Shown here piece by piece: positions 1-8,817 of a DNA stretch of 64,000 nucleotides. The position numbers and the translations under genes are program-made. Under the pieces are notes generated by a model. That model did not search any database. It saw only the letters and a list, made by a program, of their open reading frames with translations, and was not told where the DNA came from. Each line of letters begins with the position of its first letter. Within the stretch, counting starts at the first letter, position 1. Source of the stretch: Roseibacillus sp. (lineage in GTDB: Bacteria; Verrucomicrobiota; Verrucomicrobiia; Verrucomicrobiales; Akkermansiaceae); assembly GCA_965242925.1 (NCBI GenBank), contig CBDEUM010000029.1:320001-384000 (forward strand). Direction: 5' to 3'.

Positions 1-166
1 ACCCATCATCGTGGAGGGGAGTTACGACCTGGAGGAGTGGGTGCCGCTCGATCCCTTTCAGATCTGGGGATTCGAGAACCCGGTGCCCGCGGGGGAAGTT
101 TGGCCCATAGTGCTGACTCTCTCGGGAGACCGGAGTTTTACTCGTCTCCGGGTTGTGAAGCCCTGA
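1..166 (+). CDS. 3' end of a gene entering the window; C-terminus of a probable large secreted protein
   Basis: Frame 2 reads PIIVEGSYDLEEWVP...DRSFTRLRVVKP to TGA at 164-166. It has the same S.DL..W...F.RL.V terminal pattern as the 33780-40610 protein. Confidence 0.65.
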   Translation, partial: PIIVEGSYDLEEWVPLDPFQIWGFENPVPAGEVWPIVLTLSGDRSFTRLRVVKP

Positions 167-220
167 ATGAGGAGGGGAGAGGCCTGACAGGATAGTGGCG
201 GGGTCCGGATAAGTCAGCCC

Positions 221-781
221 TCAGGCCCTGCCGACGTAGCTGCCGTCTTCGGTGTTGATCTTCAGGACGTCATCCGGTTTGACGAAGAGAGGAACCTGCA
301 CCGTCACCCCGGTCTCAAGAGTGGCAGGCTTGGTGGGGTTGTTGGCGGTGTCGCCCTTGATGCCCTCTGAGGATTCGGTGACCTTCAATTCCACCACGGC
401 GGGCAGACTGACGGTTACCGCGTTGCCTTCAATAAAGAGGACTTCCACTTCCTGGCCGTCCTTCAGGAAGTCCCTGCAGTCCTCAACGAGGCTCTCATCG
501 AGGGTGATGGTCTCGTAGGATTCGAGATCCATGAAGTGGGTGCCGGCGGGATCGGAATAGGAATACTCCAGCTTCTGGCGCTGGGTTTCCAGGATGTCGA
601 CCTTTTCGGAGGACGAGAAGCGGATGGTCTTCTTATTGCCGGAATTGAAGGAGCGGATGGTGGCGGCAATGAGGGCGTTGCCCTTGCCGGGGGTGCGGTG
701 CTCGATGTGAAGCACCACGCCCATGTCCCCTTCGTACCTGATGCACTGCCCCTTGTTCAGTTTGGTTGCGACGACTGCCAT
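221..781 (-). CDS. efp: Translation elongation factor P
   Basis: 186 aa with the TPGKG loop, GIKGDTA, KPATLETG..VQVPLFV and the C-terminal G.YVGRA. Confidence 0.97.
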   Translation of the reverse strand: MAVVATKLNKGQCIRYEGDMGVVLHIEHRTPGKGNALIAATIRSFNSGNKKTIRFSSSEKVDILETQRQKLEYSYSDPAGTHFMDLESYETITLDESLVEDCRDFLKDGQEVEVLFIEGNAVTVSLPAVVELKVTESSEGIKGDTANNPTKPATLETGVTVQVPLFVKPDDVLKINTEDGSYVGRA

Positions 782-983
782 TGGTCTGGAATTGGTGGAA
801 TCCGCTCCGGGGTGGCCGGAAGCGCGGGCGGTTTACCCTCCGCGAAGCGAGAGAGCACGAAGAATCTTCGGGATTTTCCCCTGGGGAGATCCAATCTGGT
901 GTGGGATTCTTTTCCCAGGAGGAGGCGGTTTGCAGTGATCCCTCGCATTGCAGGGCACGATCCACGGGATTCTCCGATTCCCG

Positions 984-2411
984 CTATCGATAGTCCTCTC
1001 CGTTCGCGCTGGCCTCGCAGGACTTCATGAAGGCGGTGAGCTCGCGTTTCATTCTTGCTGCCACTTCAGGGTTGCGGTCAGCAATGTTCCGGGTCTCGGA
1101 GGGATCCGTGAGGAGGTCATAGAGCTCGAACTCGGCCACGGGCACCTTGCCGTTGTCCGATCGATGACGTTTAAGTCCGCCGTTGTTGTGGACGAGCTTG
1201 TGGCGGTCATTCACCAGGGTGCGGTCCCTGCCGAAGCGGAAACCGATGGCGTTTCCGCGCTTCTGCTGCGTTCCCCTGAGGATCGGAAACAAGTCGATGC
1301 CGTCATAGGGGCGCTTGGCAAGGGGCAGACCCAGGAGGGCGGAGATGGTGGGGAAGTAATCGCTGCTCACACAGGGAGTGGCGACCTTGCGGGGTTGGAG
1401 GGTGCCGGGCCACTCGACCACCGCTGGAACGCGCACCCCACCTTCGTAAAGACTGCGCTTGCGTCCGCGGAACTTGCCGGCCGTGCCCTGTGAATGTGCC
1501 CGCGGTCCCGGGTTGCCTTCCGGGCCGTTGTCACTGGCGAAGCAGAGCATGGTCTCCTGCTCGATCTTCAGGGTGCGTAAGTGGGCGCGGAGCCTGCCCA
1601 TCTGGGCGTCAAGGGCGGTGATGCAACTGAAATAGTGCTGCTCGTTGACGGGCAGATCACCGTAGTGGGTCTTCATGTATTCTGGATGCCCCACTACCGG
1701 GAGATGCGGGGCATGGAACCAGATTACGGCGAAGAACGGGTTGTTCTCACGGACTGCCTGGGCGATGAAGGGAAGCGCCTTGTCCATCACCATCTTGGAG
1801 GTGCAGCCGGAGAGCGGCTGTGCGAGGGGCTTGCCGTTGTGCCAGAAGAGGGCCCGCAGGTCACCCTTTCGCGCTGCGGCGCAATGGGCATTCTTTGGAT
1901 CGTAGGGGTTGTAGGTGGCGATTGAGAATTCGCTGGTGAACCACTCGCCGAATCCTGCCATGCCGGGGGTCATGAAATTCTTTTTCGGGTTGCGTCCTGT
2001 TCCCTTGCCGCTGAACCCGGGGCTGAGGGTGCCGAGGTGCCACTTACCGAAGTGACCGGTGGCATAGCCTTTCCCCGAGAGGAGTTCCGCAAGGCTGATT
2101 TCTTGCTTCCTGAGATGGCCGACATTGGCGGTGGGGATGCCGTAGCGGAAGGGATTGCGTCCGGTGAGACAGCTCCCGCGGGTGGGGGAGCAGACCGGGG
2201 CGCCCGCGTAGTAGCGGGAGAGCGTTACACCGGATTCGGCCATGGCATCGAGGTGCGGCGTTACAATCTTCGGGTGGCCATTGAAGCCGGTGTCTCCCCA
2301 GCCGAGGTCGTCGGCCATGCACAGGATGAAGTTCGGCTTCCGGCCGGGATCCCCGAAGGAGGGGAGGGTGAGGGTGAGGGCGACAAGAAAAGGAAGGGAA
2401 CGGCAGTTCAT
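984..2411 (-). CDS. Secreted formylglycine-dependent sulfatase (S1 family)
   Basis: Start reassigned to MNCRSLPFL (signal peptide). Motifs PNFILCMADDLG, CSPTRGSCLTGR (CxPxR), GKWHLG, SDNGP, ELYDL..DP.E. Confidence 0.93.
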   Translation of the reverse strand: MNCRSLPFLVALTLTLPSFGDPGRKPNFILCMADDLGWGDTGFNGHPKIVTPHLDAMAESGVTLSRYYAGAPVCSPTRGSCLTGRNPFRYGIPTANVGHLRKQEISLAELLSGKGYATGHFGKWHLGTLSPGFSGKGTGRNPKKNFMTPGMAGFGEWFTSEFSIATYNPYDPKNAHCAAARKGDLRALFWHNGKPLAQPLSGCTSKMVMDKALPFIAQAVRENNPFFAVIWFHAPHLPVVGHPEYMKTHYGDLPVNEQHYFSCITALDAQMGRLRAHLRTLKIEQETMLCFASDNGPEGNPGPRAHSQGTAGKFRGRKRSLYEGGVRVPAVVEWPGTLQPRKVATPCVSSDYFPTISALLGLPLAKRPYDGIDLFPILRGTQQKRGNAIGFRFGRDRTLVNDRHKLVHNNGGLKRHRSDNGKVPVAEFELYDLLTDPSETRNIADRNPEVAARMKRELTAFMKSCEASANGEDYR

Positions 2412-2476
2412 GACGCTTGTGTTTTGCGCTGACAGGGTTGACAAGGAGGGTGCCCTGCAGCCCGGTTTCTTACGAC

Positions 2477-3811
2477 ATGAATCGTCTGTTTTCTTCGCTT
2501 GCCCTGACTGTGACGGGGTTCGGCATGGCCTGGGCTGATGACTGGCCGCAGTGGCTGGGTGAAAACCGGGATGGGACCTGGCAGGAGGAGGGAGTTCTCG
2601 AGCGACTGCCGGAGGAGGGACCGAAAGTCCTCTGGCGGACACCGGTGGCGCACGGGTATTCCGGTCCGGCGGTGGCGAAGGGGCGGGTCTATGTGATGGA
2701 TCTGGTGGTCGGGAAAGGGGAGATCATCAATGATGCGGGTGCACAGGTGAAGCTGACGGGCATGGAACGGATTCGGTGTCACGATGCCGCGAGCGGAAAG
2801 CCGCTCTGGACCCACAGTGAACGGCGGGACTATGAAGTGTCCTATCCCGGAGGCCCGCGTGCTACGCCGACGGTGGATGATGGGCAGGTTTTTGCCCTGG
2901 GTGTGATGGGACATCTCACCTGTCTCACGACTGAAGGAGCGTTGCAGTGGAAGAGAGACTTCGGGAAGGACTATGGTGCGCGCGTGCCGATGTGGGGACA
3001 CTCTGCTCCACCGCTGGTCTACCGGGACATGGTGATCTGCATGGTGGGCGGCGAGGGATCCCTCGTGGTGGCCTTCGACCGGAAGACGGGAGAGGAACGC
3101 TGGCGGTCACTAACCGCCCGTCATTGCGGTTATTGTCCTCCCCAGATCATTGAGCATGCAGGCGTCAAGCAGCTCATTACCTGGCACCCTGAAGGGGTGA
3201 GCGGACACAATCCCGATACCGGACAGGTGTATTGGACCGCGCCGATCAAGCCCACCAACGGCTCATCCATTGCGATGCCGCGCAAGCTCGGCAACAAGCT
3301 GTTTGCCAGCGGTTATAATCGTGTTGGAGGAATGATCGAGTTGGGTGAGGGCAAGCCCTCCGCCAGGATCACCTGGCGAAGTGGTCCAAAGGAGGGGGTT
3401 TATCCCGTCAACAGCACTCCCTGTCTGCTCGATGGCATGATCTATGCCGTGGACGTTGATCGTAGTGCCCTGATGGGCGTGGCGATGGATTCCGGGAAAC
3501 GGTTGTGGGAGACCCGTGCTCCGTGTCTCGCCCCGGAGCTTGCAGGCCGGCAGCGTGCGCCACGCTATGGGACCGCTTTTCTCGTCTACCATCCCGGCAA
3601 CCGGCAGTTCTGGATTCTGGGGGAGATGGGGGACCTGATCATCGCGGAGCTTTCGCCCCGGGGCTATCGTGAGGTGAGCCGGGCCCATGTCCTGACGCCC
3701 ACCAGCTCCTCCGGATCACGTAAGGTCCTGTGGAGTCATCCTGCCTTTGCCATGCGCTCGGTATTCCTGAGAAACGACAAGGAGATGATCAGGATCGACC
3801 TTTCGGAGTGA
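2477..3811 (+). CDS. Secreted PQQ-like/BamB-type beta-propeller protein (PVC type)
   Basis: Signal peptide, then DWPQWLGENRDG, GYSGPAV, repeated G...W blades and the C-terminal WSHPAFA...LRND. Confidence 0.85.
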   Translation: MNRLFSSLALTVTGFGMAWADDWPQWLGENRDGTWQEEGVLERLPEEGPKVLWRTPVAHGYSGPAVAKGRVYVMDLVVGKGEIINDAGAQVKLTGMERIRCHDAASGKPLWTHSERRDYEVSYPGGPRATPTVDDGQVFALGVMGHLTCLTTEGALQWKRDFGKDYGARVPMWGHSAPPLVYRDMVICMVGGEGSLVVAFDRKTGEERWRSLTARHCGYCPPQIIEHAGVKQLITWHPEGVSGHNPDTGQVYWTAPIKPTNGSSIAMPRKLGNKLFASGYNRVGGMIELGEGKPSARITWRSGPKEGVYPVNSTPCLLDGMIYAVDVDRSALMGVAMDSGKRLWETRAPCLAPELAGRQRAPRYGTAFLVYHPGNRQFWILGEMGDLIIAELSPRGYREVSRAHVLTPTSSSGSRKVLWSHPAFAMRSVFLRNDKEMIRIDLSE

Positions 3812-3817
3812 GAGAAC

Positions 3818-3846
3818 CGGGATTTGGGGATTGGAGATTGTGATTC
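3818..3846 (+). repeat. Short degenerate heptamer tract (GGGATTT GGGGATT GGAGATT GTGATTC)
   Basis: About four 7-nt-phased units just after the stop codon at 3811. Confidence 0.45.
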
Positions 3847-3895
3847 CTGATATATCACGGTGCTGTCAATCGTAAGTCGATAGCCTCATATCAAC

Positions 3896-4558
3896 ATGAA
3901 ACCGAAACTTATCATCACCCTGCTGGCCCCCTTGTTCCTGTCCCTGCCATCTCTGGCGGACCACCACAAGAAGGGTGAGTTGAAAGACCTCTTCAACGGG
4001 AAGGACCTGTCCGGATTCACCCAGCGTAACGGCACCGCCACCTACGAGGTTGTCGATGGAACGATTCTGGGAACCACTGCCAAGGGAAGTCCGAATTCCT
4101 TCCTCTGCACCGACAGGAAGTATGGCAACTTCGAGCTCATTTTCGAGGTCAAGTGTCACAACAACCTGAATTCAGGTGTGCAGATTCGCTCCCAGACCAA
4201 GAACGACGACCCGAAGGAGCGGGTGAACGGACCGCAGGTCGAGATTGAGGCCAGCGGTGCCAAGGGCGCGGAGGCGGGATATGTGTACGGGGAGGCCTGT
4301 TACGGGTGGATGACGCCAAAAGACAAGCTCAAGCCGCACAAGCACTTCAAGGATGGAGCGTGGAACAAGTACCGGGTGCTTGCCAAGGGATCCCGCATCC
4401 AGGTGTGGATCAATGGCGAGCAGGTCTCCGACCTGGTGCATGAGAAGGCCTACAAGAGCCATCCGAGTGGATTTATCGGCCTGCAGGTGCACGGTGTGGG
4501 GAATGGAGGTCCGTTTACCGTGGCTTGGAGAAACCTGAAAATCCGCGAGCTGAAGTAG
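3896..4558 (+). CDS. Secreted DUF1080 (3-keto-disaccharide hydrolase-like) protein
   Basis: Signal peptide, LFNGKDLSG, YGNFEL..E.K, NSGVQIRS, GPQVEI, WNKYRV, GFIGLQVH, WRNLKIREL. Confidence 0.92.
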   Translation: MKPKLIITLLAPLFLSLPSLADHHKKGELKDLFNGKDLSGFTQRNGTATYEVVDGTILGTTAKGSPNSFLCTDRKYGNFELIFEVKCHNNLNSGVQIRSQTKNDDPKERVNGPQVEIEASGAKGAEAGYVYGEACYGWMTPKDKLKPHKHFKDGAWNKYRVLAKGSRIQVWINGEQVSDLVHEKAYKSHPSGFIGLQVHGVGNGGPFTVAWRNLKIRELK

Positions 4559-4717
4559 TTTTTACCGGGGAAGAATTTTCTGCAGGAGGAGGGGCAATTC
4601 GTTTCTCCCCTCTGTTTACTGGATTTCCCGGACTTGAGAGTTGGTGATCCTGATGGGATGGTGAGGTCCTGGTGTTGTATCCGTCCGGGTTCCGGGTAAT
4701 TTTATCCAGGAGGAAAG

Positions 4718-6187
4718 ATGAGTGACCAATCCTTGGAGAACTACCGGACCCTGCACGGGTTGCCGGAGCTGGCGGGGGTGGCCGACCTGGCGGGAGCGGC
4801 CGGTCCCGGACTGGAGGTCCAGGAGTGTGTGGATCGCTTGAAGTGTTTTCACTACGCGTTGCATCGCATCTGGCAGACGCTGCTCACTCGCATCGCCTGT
4901 GAGCCAATCTACGAGCTGAAGATGGGCTACAGCTATCACGCCTATCTGGCGGCGGAGCACATCACACTGCTTCGGGACCGGGTGGCGGAGCTGCGGCATC
5001 CTCCCCTGGGCCTGGACAAGGTGCCGCATGAGAATCTGGAGGGCTTCTTCGATGAGATCCGGAACGCTCCGGACAGGGAGAGAATGCTGGCGGGCCTTTA
5101 CCGGGTGGCGCTGCCGGCCCTGCGCGAGAGCATGCGAGCCTACCGGGAGGAGACCAATCCACTTGCCGATGCGCCTGGACTACGGGTTCTCCGGGTGGTG
5201 CTTCCCGAGGTGGAAGCCATGATCACGTGGGGCGAGAAAGCCTGTGCCGCGCTGGAGAATTCAGGTTCGGGGGAGGGAGAGGATCACATGGAGTGGCTGG
5301 AGGAACTGGGAGTCTGGCTGGCGGCCTCGGGTGGACTGGCGGGAACGGAGAAGGAGGATAGCCCTCCATCCCCGCGCTACTCGACTGACGAGTTTCGCTA
5401 CGACAGCAAGCCGCAGCGCGACGAACGGTTTCCGGATCCCTACAATATGGGCGTGCACGCCGAGGAGTTTCTCTACGACGAGTCCTTCGAGAGCCGGGAC
5501 AAGATTTTCATGATGTTCTACAAGCGCATCCGCGAGATCGACGTTCCCGAGATGATGGCGTCCATTCTCTACGAGATGGTGACGGAGAGCGGGGATGAAG
5601 AAGCGGGTGGGCGCCCGTGGGGGTTTTACCGGGACATGACACGGCAACTCTGGGATGAAGCCCGGCACGCCATGATGGGAGAAGTGGGTTTCGCCCGGGC
5701 CGGGATCGACTGGCCGAGCAAGGTGATGATTAACTTCACCTGGTCGAAAGGACTGAACGAGCAACTCACTCCCCGGGAACGCCACGCGGTCCTGTGGTTT
5801 ATCGAGCAGGGGCTCATGTCCAAGACGGGCAAGCGCTACGAGTGGGAAGTAGGGGCCGACTCCGGGGATGAGTTTGCGCAGTTGGTCCAGGACTTTGACT
5901 GGGCCGATGAAGTCCTGCACGCAAGGATTGGTCGCGATTGGTATGTGAAGAATTTTGAAACGGTGGCGGCGGCGGCGGACTACGGTAGTGCCTGCTGGGA
6001 CAAGGTGGTCTCCGACTGGGAACAGTGGAAGAAGGAGGGCCTGACCGAGCACCGCAACTGGTGGCCTGATCTCTACCGGGAGGTGTGCAGGCACCGCGGG
6101 GAGGAACCCGACCCCCGTGTGCTGGCCTATGATCGGAGCTATGCTGAGACCCGCGCCGATTTGCAGAGAATTGCGGCTTCGGGGTAG
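4718..6187 (+). CDS. Ferritin-like (DUF455-related) putative diiron protein
   Basis: RBS AGGAGG upstream. The C-terminal half has REIDVPE, QLWDEARH, FIEQGL and WADEVLHARIG..W, the E/ExxH/E/ExxH pattern. Confidence 0.65.
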   Translation: MSDQSLENYRTLHGLPELAGVADLAGAAGPGLEVQECVDRLKCFHYALHRIWQTLLTRIACEPIYELKMGYSYHAYLAAEHITLLRDRVAELRHPPLGLDKVPHENLEGFFDEIRNAPDRERMLAGLYRVALPALRESMRAYREETNPLADAPGLRVLRVVLPEVEAMITWGEKACAALENSGSGEGEDHMEWLEELGVWLAASGGLAGTEKEDSPPSPRYSTDEFRYDSKPQRDERFPDPYNMGVHAEEFLYDESFESRDKIFMMFYKRIREIDVPEMMASILYEMVTESGDEEAGGRPWGFYRDMTRQLWDEARHAMMGEVGFARAGIDWPSKVMINFTWSKGLNEQLTPRERHAVLWFIEQGLMSKTGKRYEWEVGADSGDEFAQLVQDFDWADEVLHARIGRDWYVKNFETVAAAADYGSACWDKVVSDWEQWKKEGLTEHRNWWPDLYREVCRHRGEEPDPRVLAYDRSYAETRADLQRIAASG

Positions 6188-6225
6188 GTGGATTGCAGCC
6201 TGCGCAAGGTAATACAACCGGGGAT

Positions 6226-7740
6226 TCAGGGCAGCAGGACGCCTTCCTCTATCATCTTGGCCTTGGACCAGCGGGGCCGGATGCGGGCGGGAGTCGGTTT
6301 GCCTGTCACGCGATCGAACTCGTCCGGGGTGCGAAGCCTGGGGATCTGTTCCCGGGTGCGGAGACGCCATTGTTTGTACTCCGCACGCAGGCGCTCAAGG
6401 GTATCCTGGTGCGCCGGGTCCCGGGCGAGATCATTGAGTTCGTGGGGATCGGTGGTGAGATCGTAGAGTTCTTCCCGGGGGCGGGGTGCCCTGAAGCAGG
6501 TTGACTGCACATCAGGAAGCTGTTCCTCCGCGCGCAGGCGTTGCATCTCCTTGAAGGTATCGCTACGGGCCGCATCGGCTGGAGGTGTAGCGGGAAGATC
6601 GGGGTAGTGGTTGATGATGTACTTGTAGCGGCGGTCCCGTACCGCGCGCGAGCGATCCTCGTAGTCGTGCCAGTTCTTTTCAGCGAAGATGGCGTCGCGG
6701 ATCTCAACGTCCTTTCCTTCCAGGAGCGCCGTGAAGTCCTTGCCCACGTAGTTGCGGCTCACCGGGAGGCCGCCCAGGGTCAGAATGGTGGTCGCCAGGT
6801 CGATCGTGCTGACCAGCTGGTTGCAGCGTGTGCCCGGCTTTACCACGGCGGGCCAACGGATGATGAGAGGAGTGCGAATGCCACTGTCATAGAGAGTGGT
6901 CTTGTCGCGGGGAAAGGGACGGCCGTTATCACTCAGGAATATCACGATGGTATTATCCGCCGTCTTCTGCGCCTCCAGCTCATGGAGAACTGCTCCCACG
7001 AAGCGGTCGAGCCGGGTGATTTCGTCGTAGTAGCTGGCATAGTCCTGACGTACGAGTGGAGTGTCGGGATGGTAGGGCGGCAGGACAACCTCGTCGGGGG
7101 AATGGGGTTGCTCCGAGATCTGTTCATCGTAGGGGCGGTGTGGATCGACGGCCGCAAGCCAGACGAGGAAGGGCTTGCCGGGATCTCGTTCGCGGAGAAG
7201 GCTCACCCAGTCGGCACATCCGCTCTTGGCATCTCCGGTGGCGGTCTCCACGAAATTTTCGCGGGCATCGGCTCCGGCATTGGCGGGGAGCTGGAATCCC
7301 GAGGTATCCACTTCCCGCACTACCGTGAAGCGTTCGCGCATGGCGTCGCCGAGGTGCCACTTGCCTGCTGCCCCGACGAAGTAGCCGGCCAGTTTGAGCT
7401 GTTGGGGGAAGATGATCTGAGAGGCGGGGATGGGCCAGTGCAGTTGCTCAGCATCGGTCTGGTGGGGATAGCGTCCGGTGAGAATGCTGGCGCGGCTGGG
7501 CGAGCAGGAGCTGATGGTCAGGAAGGCCTGATCGAAACACATTCCTTCCGCGGCCAGGCGATCAAGATTCGGGGTGTGCACCTTTTTGTTGCCGAAGGGA
7601 CCGAGGTCGTCCCAGGCCATATCGTCGGCGAGAATGATCACGAAATTGGGGCGATTGCTTTCCCTGGTTGGTAAATCCTGGGCGGAAAGGAAGGCCCCGG
7701 GAACCAGGGAGAGAGCAGTGAGGTGGAGCAAGGCGTTCAT
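6226..7740 (-). CDS. Secreted sulfatase, sulfamidase/N-sulfoglucosamine sulfohydrolase-like
   Basis: PNFVIILADDM, CSPSRASILTGRYPH, GKWHLG, DPHRPY, SDNGRPFPRDKTTLYDSG, EELYDL..DP.E. Confidence 0.92.
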   Translation of the reverse strand: MNALLHLTALSLVPGAFLSAQDLPTRESNRPNFVIILADDMAWDDLGPFGNKKVHTPNLDRLAAEGMCFDQAFLTISSCSPSRASILTGRYPHQTDAEQLHWPIPASQIIFPQQLKLAGYFVGAAGKWHLGDAMRERFTVVREVDTSGFQLPANAGADARENFVETATGDAKSGCADWVSLLRERDPGKPFLVWLAAVDPHRPYDEQISEQPHSPDEVVLPPYHPDTPLVRQDYASYYDEITRLDRFVGAVLHELEAQKTADNTIVIFLSDNGRPFPRDKTTLYDSGIRTPLIIRWPAVVKPGTRCNQLVSTIDLATTILTLGGLPVSRNYVGKDFTALLEGKDVEIRDAIFAEKNWHDYEDRSRAVRDRRYKYIINHYPDLPATPPADAARSDTFKEMQRLRAEEQLPDVQSTCFRAPRPREELYDLTTDPHELNDLARDPAHQDTLERLRAEYKQWRLRTREQIPRLRTPDEFDRVTGKPTPARIRPRWSKAKMIEEGVLLP

Positions 7741-7877
7741 TGCGGGAAAACGGGGAGCAGCTCTGCAGATGGGGAACGGCAGACTGGCTTTCCTAGCCAG
7801 TCCCCTCCTGACTGGGAAGCCTGAAGCAGCATTTTGCAGGTTGGAAATCTGCCCGTCCCTGTCCTACGATCGCTTCA

Positions 7878-8762
7878 ATGAATTCTTCACGACGACATTT
7901 TCTCGGTGGGACCGCCCTCGCGGCTGGTGGATTTGCTCTGGGAACCGGGCGATCCGGCGCGGCGTCGGCCAAGATCGACACCCCCTTCAAGCATTCGGTG
8001 ATGGGGTGGTGTTTTGGAGGGCGCGGGGTGAAGACCAGGGAACTGGCCGAATGGTGTGTCAAGCTGGGCATGCACGGGATGGAAGGAATTCCGAAGACGG
8101 CCTACAAGGAGGTGATGGATCTCGGTCTCGAGATTTCGCTGGTGGGAAGTCACGGCTTTTCGCAGGGGCCCTGCGATCCCAGGCATACCGACATGGTCAT
8201 CGAAAAACTGAAAGACGGCATCGAGGTGGCCAGCCGGATCAAGGCCAAGCGCGTGATCACCTTCACCGGCATGCGCTACGAGGGCATGGACGATGAAAAG
8301 GCCGCCCAGCTCTGTGTGGACACGTGGAAGAAGGTCGTTCCGCTGGCCGAGAAGAAGGGAATCACCATTTGTTTTGAGCATCTCAATTCCCGGGCCACGG
8401 AAGGAAAGATGACCGGCCACGCCGGCTACTTTGGGGACGACGTTGACTTCTGTGTCGATCTCATCAAGCGGGTGGGATCGGAGAACTTCAAGTTGCTCTT
8501 CGATATCTACCACGTGGAGATAATGAACGGCGATGTGATCCGGCGCATCCGGGATTACAAGGATTACATCGGCCACTACCACACCGCCGGCAATCCGGGT
8601 CGGGGCGAGATCGACGGGACGCAGGAGATCAACTATCCGCCCATCATCAGGGAGATCGTGAAGACCGGCTTCACCGACTATGTTGCCCAGGAATTCATTC
8701 CCACCTGGGAGGATCCCTTCAAGTCGCTGAAACACGGAGTGGAGACCTGCACCTTGAAGTGA
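7878..8762 (+). CDS. Tat-exported hydroxypyruvate isomerase-like / AP-endonuclease-2 TIM-barrel protein
   Basis: Tat motif SRRHFL, ICFEHLNS, KLLFDIYH, HYHTAGNPGRGE, QEINYP, QEFIP. Confidence 0.88.
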   Translation: MNSSRRHFLGGTALAAGGFALGTGRSGAASAKIDTPFKHSVMGWCFGGRGVKTRELAEWCVKLGMHGMEGIPKTAYKEVMDLGLEISLVGSHGFSQGPCDPRHTDMVIEKLKDGIEVASRIKAKRVITFTGMRYEGMDDEKAAQLCVDTWKKVVPLAEKKGITICFEHLNSRATEGKMTGHAGYFGDDVDFCVDLIKRVGSENFKLLFDIYHVEIMNGDVIRRIRDYKDYIGHYHTAGNPGRGEIDGTQEINYPPIIREIVKTGFTDYVAQEFIPTWEDPFKSLKHGVETCTLK

Positions 8763-8817
8763 TCTCCGGGATTGCTTCTTCCCTCATGCGGGCACGGGTC
8801 CGGGTCTACTGCTTCGC

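Noticed and set aside
221..781. Unusual EF-P variant
   Set aside because: The loop is the canonical PGKG, and the absence of modification genes nearby is common.
2477..3811. PQQ-dependent alcohol dehydrogenase or true BamB (also 10257-11576)
   Set aside because: Only generic propeller repeats of the expanded PVC family are visible, with no catalytic signatures or bam context.
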